Both the position numbers and the translations under genes were made by a program. Positions 49,930 to 57,012 of a stretch of 64,000 nucleotides of DNA are shown piece after piece. Numbering within the stretch: the stretch's first letter is position 1; each line of letters opens with the position of its first letter. This DNA comes from Pseudomonadota bacterium. GTDB taxonomy: Bacteria; Pseudomonadota; Alphaproteobacteria; Rhodobacterales; Rhodobacteraceae. The DNA lies in contig JBCCHJ010000013.1 of NCBI GenBank assembly GCA_039028795.1, positions 35,587 through 99,586 on the forward strand, written 5' to 3'. The notes beneath the pieces were generated by a model. That model was given only the letters and a program-made list of their open reading frames with translations, did not search any database and was not told the DNA's origin.

Positions 49930-50036
49930 GCTTATGGAACGGACAGTCGCATACACTCATCGACTAGCCTTACTCGCCTGACGGCGGGTGAGGTCTGACG
50001 CGTTTCCATCGTCCAAAAACCTTCCCCGCCATCAAT

Positions 50037-50113
50037 GCGGGTTTAGCCCAAATGGTAGAGGCAACGGACTTAAACTCCGTCCAGTATCGGTTCGATCCCG
50101 GTAACCCGTACCA
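50037..50113 (+). tRNA. tRNA-Leu(TAA), short variable loop, CCA encoded
   Basis: Manual cloverleaf: GCGGGTT/AACCCGT acceptor, ACGGA-CTTAAAC-TCCGT anticodon arm, 5-nt variable CCAGT, TTCGATC T-loop, ACCA end. Confidence 0.92.
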
Positions 50114-50195
50114 CCCCTTTCCGCAAAGTTGCTGACTGACGTCAGCGCACTGGTTTCGCGGCAGTCGTCTCAAAGAGCCGATGAACGCAATCGAG

Positions 50196-50272
50196 GGGAG
50201 CGTAGCCCAACCGGAAGAGGCACTGCACTCAGACTGCAGGTGTTGCGGGTTCGACTCCCGCCGCTCCTACCA
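50196..50272 (+). tRNA. tRNA-Leu(CAG), short variable loop, CCA encoded
   Basis: GGGAGCG/CGCTCCT acceptor, CTGCA-CTCAGAC-TGCAG anticodon arm, variable GTGTT, GCGGG-TTCGACT-CCCGC, ACCA end. Confidence 0.92.
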
Positions 50273-50375
50273 TCTGACTTTTTCGAAGAAAAGTCGCCGA
50301 CATGAAAGCAAGCGCAACGGTATGCGCGATGGCTGTTTTGAAGAAACGGCAAAAGCTTCGCAAATGGCCAAATGC

Positions 50376-50449
50376 GCGAGGGTAGCCCAATTGGCAGAGG
50401 CAGCGTCCCGAGACGGCGTTCAGTGCGGGTTCGACCCCCGCCCCTCGCA
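50376..50449 (+). tRNA. tRNA-Leu(GAG), short variable loop, C33, CCA not encoded
   Basis: GCGAGGG/CCCTCGC acceptor, GCGTC-CCGAGAC-GGCGT anticodon arm, variable TCAGT, GCGGG-TTCGACC-CCCGC, A73. Confidence 0.82.
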
Positions 50450-50458
50450 GAGAAACAA

Positions 50459-50478
50459 AGGTGGGGCGAACCCCACCT
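50459..50478. terminator. Terminator hairpin between the tRNA cluster and the RidA gene
   Basis: AGGTGGGG-CGAA-CCCCACCT; T-rich tail on the minus strand. Confidence 0.75.
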
Positions 50479-50485
50479 CAAAGTA

Positions 50486-50833
50486 TTACGACTTCGCGGC
50501 GATCACCGTAATTTCCACCGTGAAGCCCGGTGTCGCCAGATCGGCCGATCCGCAGGCCCGCGCAGGGGCTGCGCCTTCCGGCACCCAGGCATCCCAAACG
50601 CCATTCATCTCGGCAAAGTCATCCATGCTCTTCAGCCAGATGATGGCTTGCAGGACGTTGGACTTGTCGGTCCCGGCTTCGGCCAGCAGACCATCAATCT
50701 TCCTCAGAATCTCGGAGGTCTGATCGGCGACGGATTGGTTTTCGGTGCCAACCTGTCCGGCCAGATAGACCGTGTCGCCATGGACCACAATCTGGCTCAT
50801 GCGTTGACTGGTGTGCATACGGGTGATGGACAT
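50486..50833 (-). CDS. RidA/YjgF family protein
   Basis: SQIVVHGDTVYLAGQV, FAEMNGVWDAW, APARAC, VEITVIAA. Confidence 0.93.
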   Translation of the reverse strand: MSITRMHTSQRMSQIVVHGDTVYLAGQVGTENQSVADQTSEILRKIDGLLAEAGTDKSNVLQAIIWLKSMDDFAEMNGVWDAWVPEGAAPARACGSADLATPGFTVEITVIAAKS

Positions 50834-50845
50834 GCGGGTTCTCCC

Positions 50846-51940
50846 TTATCGGAAACGTTGAGGCGAAAGCGCCTGGATGATGTCTGAAGATAGAGCCGGT
50901 TCATGCCCCATGATCTGATCCGCCGCAAGCTGAGACATGGCGGGCGCGGTTTGAATGCCATACCCGCCCTGCCCAACCAGCCAATAGAAGCCATCCGCAC
51001 CCGGCTCGAACCCGTTCACCGGTGTTCGGTCCGGAGCGAAGGTGCGCAGCCCCGCCCAGGACCGCTCAATCCGCGTGACCTCCATGGTCGTCGCTTTCGA
51101 AAACCGGTCCAGCCCTTCGGCCAGAACCATGTCATCGGGAAAGGCGTCATGGGGCTCCATCGGGTCCTCGTCCGCCGGGGACACCCAGAGCCGCCCACTC
51201 TCGGGCTTTGCATACCATGTCTCGGCCACCGCGGCGGTCAGCGCCCAGTGCGACACGTCCTGCTCGACCGGCAATACCGCCACAGTTCTGCGCATTGGTG
51301 TCAGGCCCACAGACGCAAGACCGGCGGCTTCGGCCACCTGGTCGCCCCAGGCGCCCGCCGCATTCACAACCACCGGGGCAGAGAATATCCCCGCCTTGGT
51401 CGAGGCAACCCACACCCCCTCTGTCCGGGTCAATGAGGACACTTCGGCGTTCGGGACGATCTGTCCGCCATTGGCCCGCAAACGGCGGATAAAGGCCTGC
51501 AAGAGCCCGTCAACATCGATATCCGAGGCCGACGTCTCCAAAGCGCCGCGCACGACCATGTCGGGCCGGTAGATCGGGAACAGTTCGATCACCTGCTGGG
51601 GGTTCAACATCTCAAGCCCCGCAGCACCGTTGATGTAGGTCTCAAACTCTGCGGCCTGGCCCGGTTCTTCCACCTGCATCACACCGCGCGGGGTCAGGAA
51701 ACCGTCTTCGGCCAGATCGCCACCGGACCGAAGAACGTCCTCTGACGCTGCGTTCAGCGCCCTGAGTACATCATTGCCATAGTTCAGGATAAACGTGGCC
51801 GCAGATCGTCCGGTGGTGTGATAGGCGGGTCGATCCTCCATTTCCAGCACCACGACTTTGCCGTGGGGTGCCAGACGCGCCGCTGCCCCACAACCGGCCA
51901 TTCCAGCCCCGATTACTAGGAAATCTGCGGTTTCTGTCAT
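50846..51940 (-). CDS. FAD-dependent oxidoreductase (DAO family)
   Basis: GAGMAG, HTTGRSAA, WAGLRTFAPDRTP, GQGGYGIQTAP. Confidence 0.92.
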   Translation of the reverse strand: MTETADFLVIGAGMAGCGAAARLAPHGKVVVLEMEDRPAYHTTGRSAATFILNYGNDVLRALNAASEDVLRSGGDLAEDGFLTPRGVMQVEEPGQAAEFETYINGAAGLEMLNPQQVIELFPIYRPDMVVRGALETSASDIDVDGLLQAFIRRLRANGGQIVPNAEVSSLTRTEGVWVASTKAGIFSAPVVVNAAGAWGDQVAEAAGLASVGLTPMRRTVAVLPVEQDVSHWALTAAVAETWYAKPESGRLWVSPADEDPMEPHDAFPDDMVLAEGLDRFSKATTMEVTRIERSWAGLRTFAPDRTPVNGFEPGADGFYWLVGQGGYGIQTAPAMSQLAADQIMGHEPALSSDIIQALSPQRFR

Positions 51941-52324
51941 GTTCCCTCAATAGTATTGGACTGCGGTTCGCTGGATAAACAATCTACCCAAGTTGCAGAC
52001 GATTTTAATCGAATTTTAGCGAATGCCGCGTATCACCGCCCCATCACGCGTGTGAGCAAGGTAAGATATTGGAAGCTTACCTAGCTCTGGGTCCTCTGAG
52101 AATTGGATCCATCCCTTAGCGGCTAGCCGCACCTTTATTCTGGCCTTCGTGGCAATAGGACCCTGGTCCGATACGATCAGAAAAGTCCAAAAGTTGAGCC
52201 CCGTTCCCCACCAACCCGTCGCGAGATTTGGACTGGCTTCTTGCCCTATGTGCAAACTCGATCCCGCGAGGCTTGCACGACACCCTGCAAAACCCGATCA
52301 TAGGGCAAAGCAAAGGGGGCGTTC

Positions 52325-52939
52325 ATGCGCACCAAGCCACCTAAACTAATCCGCCGCCGTAACGTCATTCTGGCCGCGCCCGCAATTTTTAGCGCGCCGT
52401 CTGTAATGGCCGCAATAGCCACACCTCCGCAGCCAGAGGGGCCCTTTTATCCGCGTGCGATTCCCGAGGATAGCGATGCGGATCTGACACGCTTTGGCGA
52501 TCGTACGCTTGACGGCGAAGTAATCGAAATCTCTGGTCAAGTCTTCGACTTAAAACGCCGCCCGATTCCGGGGACCACGGTAGAGATCTGGCATTGCGAT
52601 CAAAACGGCATCTACCCACATGTCGGCCGAAACAACGGAGGGCTGGCCAATCCGTACTTCCAGGGTTTCGGTGCGGTAACAACTGGGCCGGATGGTACCT
52701 ACCGGTTCCGAACGATCCGCCCCGGCCTTTATCCCGGCCGGGTCCGGCACGTGCACTTCAAGGTCCGGCCGAACTGGCTCGATACTCTGACCACGCAGAT
52801 GTATTTCCCGGAAGAAAAAGGCAATGCCCAGGACTTCCTGCTGAACCGCGCCGGAAATGCCCAATCAAAAACTGCGCTGATCGCCCAACGCACGGACGGC
52901 CCGCCGGACAGGTACGTGTTCGATATTTTTGTGAGCTGA
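52325..52939 (+). CDS. Intradiol ring-cleavage dioxygenase-like protein (protocatechuate 3,4-dioxygenase beta-like), probably exported
   Basis: EGPFYP, EIWHCDQNGIY, RTIRPGLYPGRVRHVHFKV, TTQMYF; RR-type N-terminus. Confidence 0.85.
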   Translation: MRTKPPKLIRRRNVILAAPAIFSAPSVMAAIATPPQPEGPFYPRAIPEDSDADLTRFGDRTLDGEVIEISGQVFDLKRRPIPGTTVEIWHCDQNGIYPHVGRNNGGLANPYFQGFGAVTTGPDGTYRFRTIRPGLYPGRVRHVHFKVRPNWLDTLTTQMYFPEEKGNAQDFLLNRAGNAQSKTALIAQRTDGPPDRYVFDIFVS

Positions 52940-53098
52940 TCCGGCACCAGTCAGAAACCGCCGCCGTCATCAGTCAAATCTCCCACGGTTGCTTGCGCAG
53001 TCTTCCAGCAATTGAATCCGCGCTTTAGCCCGGCCACAATATAACTCCGTTCAGCTTGCCAAAAATACTCACATCTCAGTGATGCCACCGGCAGGACG

Positions 53099-53803
53099 TT
53101 AGTGGATCTCCGCCGCATCTGCCATCGCGGCCTTCAGCTTGGTAAAATCGAAGCCTTCGCTTTGCGCGGCCTCGATGACTACGGCCTCGCGACGGGCGAT
53201 GGCATCGATGGTTTCGGGCAAGGCCTTCACATGTTCTTCTGGAACCACGACCGCGCCATGCACGTCTGCATGAATAATGTCGCCGTTGCGGACATGCATT
53301 CCGTGCACCTCGATCGGACTGCCGTGGGAGGTGATGTGCACCCAGGCGTGGCTGGGGCCGACCTGCCCCGCCAAGGCCTGGAAGCCCGGCGCGCTGTCCG
53401 TAAGATCTCGGATCGAACCATTGGTGATCACGCCAAGCGCACCAAGCCCCTTATGGATATTGGTGTTGACCTCGCCCCAGAAAGCGCCCCGTGCAGGTCC
53501 CGTATCCAGGTCCTGAATGACGATCACAGATGGTTTCGGACCACCTTCGTCAACATACTGATAATAGCTTTGACGCAGTTCCAGGACCTCACCCGGGGCC
53601 ATTGCCGGTTTGGCAGATGCCCGGATCGTCGCCGTCCGCGCATAGCCAACCATCGGTTTCTGATCCGGCCGCAAGCAGGTGAAGGCTGTGGTCGTATAGC
53701 CAGACAATCGCCAGGCAGGATCCAGAACCTCCAGCCCGTTGCAAATTGTCGGCGTGTCCCAATCAGAGAGTTTCTCCAGATCGGCAGCACTAAGCTCGGT
53801 CAT
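53099..53803 (-). CDS. RraA/HMG-aldolase family protein
   Basis: DTPTICNGLE, FWGEV, GSIRD, GDIIHADVHGAVVVP. Confidence 0.88.
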   Translation of the reverse strand: MTELSAADLEKLSDWDTPTICNGLEVLDPAWRLSGYTTTAFTCLRPDQKPMVGYARTATIRASAKPAMAPGEVLELRQSYYQYVDEGGPKPSVIVIQDLDTGPARGAFWGEVNTNIHKGLGALGVITNGSIRDLTDSAPGFQALAGQVGPSHAWVHITSHGSPIEVHGMHVRNGDIIHADVHGAVVVPEEHVKALPETIDAIARREAVVIEAAQSEGFDFTKLKAAMADAAEIH

Positions 53804-53882
53804 CTTGGTCTCCTCACCGTTTCAGCAGGCAGTCTATTTCATAGGGGAAGGGTCTGATACTTACCCGAGAGTTCTTAGACAG

Positions 53883-54890
53883 CTAATCGTCCCATGGGGT
53901 GTTACCCTCTGCAACTTCGATCTCTGCCGTCTTTGTCAGAGCGGCATAGTCAATGTCTTCCCGGTCAAACTGCACAGCCATTTCGCGCCCTTTAGCCATG
54001 GCGAAAACGATTTCGTTTATCGGAACATCGACATCCAGCCTCTCAGCCTCTGCCACCAAAAAACCGTTGATCGCATCGATCTCGGTTAACCGTACTTGAT
54101 CAATGTGTTGCAGCATCGATGGCTTGGTAAACTTCTGCCACGTATGACGCTTCAGGGTCGGGATCGGATCAGGGTCCGCCAGGGTTACGCCTTTCGCAGC
54201 CGCAACCTCTAGACATTCTTCGACGATCCGCCAGCGCAGATCGTTCAGCGGTTTGATGCGGCTGACATGACCCATCCTGAGCCCCGTAATCGCAGAAAGC
54301 GCATTGATCGCGCAGTTGTGGATGAATTTGGTCCAGAGCACGCCTTTTATGTTGTCGGAAATGATAGTCTGCAGGCCGCCCCTCGTCAGGGCGTCGGCAA
54401 GCCAACGGGATCGTTTGCTTTGCTTGCCATCAAGCTCTCCGACGGTCGTTGGGTCCAGCTTGGTCAGACGCGGTCGTCCTGGTGCGGGTCTGTCGGCACT
54501 GCACTTGGTCGACCCCATAAATACGCGCTGGACGCCCAATTCAGCAGTTAGGGCTTCAAGGTTACCTAAGCCGTTTTGCAAAGACACTGCGACGCCTTCC
54601 GGTTTCAGGATCTGTCGGGCCGTGAGCGCAGCGTTGGCTGTTTCGTAGGTCGGGGTCATGATCACGGCCAGATCGGCCCATCCGCACTCGGTCGACGCTG
54701 CCATTGCGGTGACCGGAACTGGTTGCGCCATACCTACGTTGTCGACCTGCAAGCCAGGGTCGGTCATCGCCGCCACATGCGTAGGATCGGCGTCGATGAT
54801 CGACAGGCGCACCCCTGCTTGAACGAGAGCGCCGGCGATGACGCCACCCATCGCACCCGCGCCGATCATCACTACGTTGGGATCTTCCAA
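53883..54890 (-). CDS. Ketopantoate reductase family protein
   Basis: GAGAMGG, SLQNGLG, LWTKFIHNCAINAL, SMLQH..TEIDAING; TTG start inferred. Confidence 0.85.
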   Translation of the reverse strand: MEDPNVVMIGAGAMGGVIAGALVQAGVRLSIIDADPTHVAAMTDPGLQVDNVGMAQPVPVTAMAASTECGWADLAVIMTPTYETANAALTARQILKPEGVAVSLQNGLGNLEALTAELGVQRVFMGSTKCSADRPAPGRPRLTKLDPTTVGELDGKQSKRSRWLADALTRGGLQTIISDNIKGVLWTKFIHNCAINALSAITGLRMGHVSRIKPLNDLRWRIVEECLEVAAAKGVTLADPDPIPTLKRHTWQKFTKPSMLQHIDQVRLTEIDAINGFLVAEAERLDVDVPINEIVFAMAKGREMAVQFDREDIDYAALTKTAEIEVAEGNTPWDD

Positions 54891-54955
54891 GGTTTCCTCA
54901 CCTTTCGGTTTCTGATTTGGTCTGATCAGATCACAGCAATGAGACCGAGGGAAGC

Positions 54956-55648
54956 ATGGCCACCAACGCACCCAAACCCATCATCACCGTGAAACGCAGT
55001 TGGGACCGGCCTGTTCCGGCCTTGGTGGACAAGTTTCGGGAGGCGCCTTCGGGCAATGTCTCGGACAGTGCCGGGCGCGGAGGATCATTGATCCCCGCAA
55101 TCAAGCCGGTCACACCGGAACGCAAGTTTTGCGGCACCGCGCTGACCATAGATGCCGGGCGTCACGATAACCTGACGTTCTGGGCGGCACTAGAGTCCAT
55201 CCAACCAGGCGATGTGATGATGGTCGCCACCTGAGGGCATGATGGATGCGCCGTCGTCGGCGACCTGATCATCGCCTTCGCCCGCAATCGCGGGGCGGTA
55301 GCTGTGGTCACTGATGGCATGATCCGCGATCAAGACGCGTTGGCCGAAGTCGGCATCCCAGTATTTTCCGCCGGTATCCGTCCTTCCGGCCCTGACAAAG
55401 CCGGGCCGGGCTCCGTGGGACTACCAATTTGGATTGGCGGACAACGATGTTGCGCGGGGGACGTGGTGGTCGGAGATTCCGATGGTGTTGTCATTGTGCC
55501 CCAGCACATGCTGTCTGACGCCGCCATGATCCTGGACCAGATCGCTGAGAAAGAGGCCGGGATGGAAGAAGATGGCAAGGTCGGAAAGCTGTCGCCACGT
55601 AACATCGACAGCTTCTTGTCCGGCGTCCAGATCAACTATATCGATTAG
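54956..55648 (+). pseudogene. RraA/HMG-aldolase family gene with one in-frame TGA at 55232-55234
   Basis: ..GDVMMVAT*GHDGCAVVGDL..VTDGMIRD..GDVVVGDSDGVVIVP all in one frame. Confidence 0.8.
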
Positions 55649-55848
55649 CAGCAAACCGGGTCTGAAGACCCGGGTGCACGCACGTGTTCGGACAGATCGC
55701 TTTGCGTTCTTCGAAATCGCTCCATGAGATACCGCGCGAGCAACGGTTTCTATTTGGAGAGTTGAGTTTCCGGGCGGGAGGGCGCAATGGGCACCTGACC
55801 GAAACCACGGTGCAAATATGCGCCGCTCAAAGAGAGATAGGAGCCCCA

Positions 55849-56691
55849 ATGCAAGAACTGCCAGAGAGCACCTTCTTCGAACTTACGCGCCATGATGCTG
55901 TGGTCGAGGTTTCGATGAACCGGCCGAAAAAAGCGAATGGGATGAGCGTCGACTTCTGGACAGAACTGCCAGCGATTATGACCGCGCTGGATAAAGACAT
56001 GTCAGTCCGGTCGGTGGTGCTCACTGGCGCTGGGAAAAACTTCACCGGCGGCATGGATCTGGCGGTGTTTCAAGGCCTGATGGGGATGCTGCAGTCAGAA
56101 CCCGGCCGCGCAGCCTACGAGATGCGTCAGAACGTGCTGAAATATCAACGCACTTTCAATGCGCTGGAAGACACGCGACTGCCGGTGATCGCAGCGATCC
56201 AGGGCGCTTGCATCGGCGGTGGGATCGACATGATCAGTGCATGCGATATCCGGCTTGCTTCGGCCGACGCGTACTTTGCAATCGAAGAGATAAACATCGG
56301 CATGACTGCGGATGTCGGGACCCTGCAGAGGTTGCCAAAGGCGATGCCATTGGGGATCGTGACGGAACTGGCATTGACCGGGCGCCGGTTCAGTGCAGAC
56401 GAAGCGCATGGTTGGCACATGATCAATGCAGTCCATTCCGATGCCGAGGCCGTCAGAACGGCCGCCTTGGAAATGGCTGCAGACATCGCCTCTAAATCTC
56501 CATTGGCGGTCGCCGGCGTTAAGAAATCGGTAACCTTTGCACGCGACCATTCTGTTGCGGATGGCCTGGAACAGATTGCCACCTGGAACGGCGGCATGCT
56601 GCGGCCGGAAGACCTTATGGCAGCCATGCAAGCCCGTATGGCAAAGACGGAAGCTGTCTTCGCCGATCTTCTAAACTCAAGCGCTGCATAA
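55849..56691 (+). CDS. Enoyl-CoA hydratase/isomerase (crotonase) family protein
   Basis: FTGGMDL, PVIAAIQGACIGGGIDMISACDIR, ADVGTLQRLPK. Confidence 0.92.
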   Translation: MQELPESTFFELTRHDAVVEVSMNRPKKANGMSVDFWTELPAIMTALDKDMSVRSVVLTGAGKNFTGGMDLAVFQGLMGMLQSEPGRAAYEMRQNVLKYQRTFNALEDTRLPVIAAIQGACIGGGIDMISACDIRLASADAYFAIEEINIGMTADVGTLQRLPKAMPLGIVTELALTGRRFSADEAHGWHMINAVHSDAEAVRTAALEMAADIASKSPLAVAGVKKSVTFARDHSVADGLEQIATWNGGMLRPEDLMAAMQARMAKTEAVFADLLNSSAA

Positions 56692-56821
56692 GAAATTCTT
56701 AGAATTCAACTATAGCGCGAATCAAAAAGTTATCGTACATCAAAATGTGTTCCAATGTTGGGACATGGGGTCGATAAGCCTTTGACGGCAAATGACCCGT
56801 GGTCTCTTGGGAGGAGACGCC

Positions 56822-56941
56822 ATGCGAACCGACAACCTCTTCAGTGCCTGGATCGCTGCCATGACATTGGCAAGCTATGCCTGGGTGCTGGCGTTGCGGT
56901 CCACACCGATAACAGGTTCGGATCCAACATCCACGACCTGA
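56822..56941 (+). CDS. Small single-TM protein (39 aa), below the ORF-track cutoff
   Basis: GGAGGAG RBS; MRTDNLFSAWIAAMTLASYAWVLALRSTPITGSDPTSTT; followed by a GC hairpin. Confidence 0.6.
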   Translation: MRTDNLFSAWIAAMTLASYAWVLALRSTPITGSDPTSTT

Positions 56942-56946
56942 AGCGC

Positions 56947-56980
56947 AGGCCCCCGGGGGATGGAGAGTCCCTGGGGGCCT
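56947..56980. terminator. GC-rich hairpin between convergent genes
   Basis: AGGCCCCC..GGGA-TGGAGAG-TCCC..GGGGGCCT. Confidence 0.6.
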
Positions 56981-57012
56981 CACCCTCTCATCTCAGACAC
57001 TTGAGCGCTGCA

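Noticed and set aside
49933-49950. Sigma54 promoter-like TGGAACG...TCGC upstream of the tRNAs
   Set aside because: The GG-to-GC spacing is one base too long for a -24/-12 promoter
50164-50182. Possible eroded tRNA-Leu(CAA) anticodon arm (CTCAAAG) in the first spacer
   Set aside because: It folds more naturally as a CTC-AAA-GAG hairpin, with no T-arm or acceptor stem
49860-50480. Prophage or ICE attachment site at the tRNA cluster
   Set aside because: No integrase, phage genes or duplicated tRNA 3' end seen in the window
52016-52255. 79-aa minus-strand ORF in a lower-GC gap
   Set aside because: TTG start without a clear RBS and no recognisable motif; cannot be supported without a homology search
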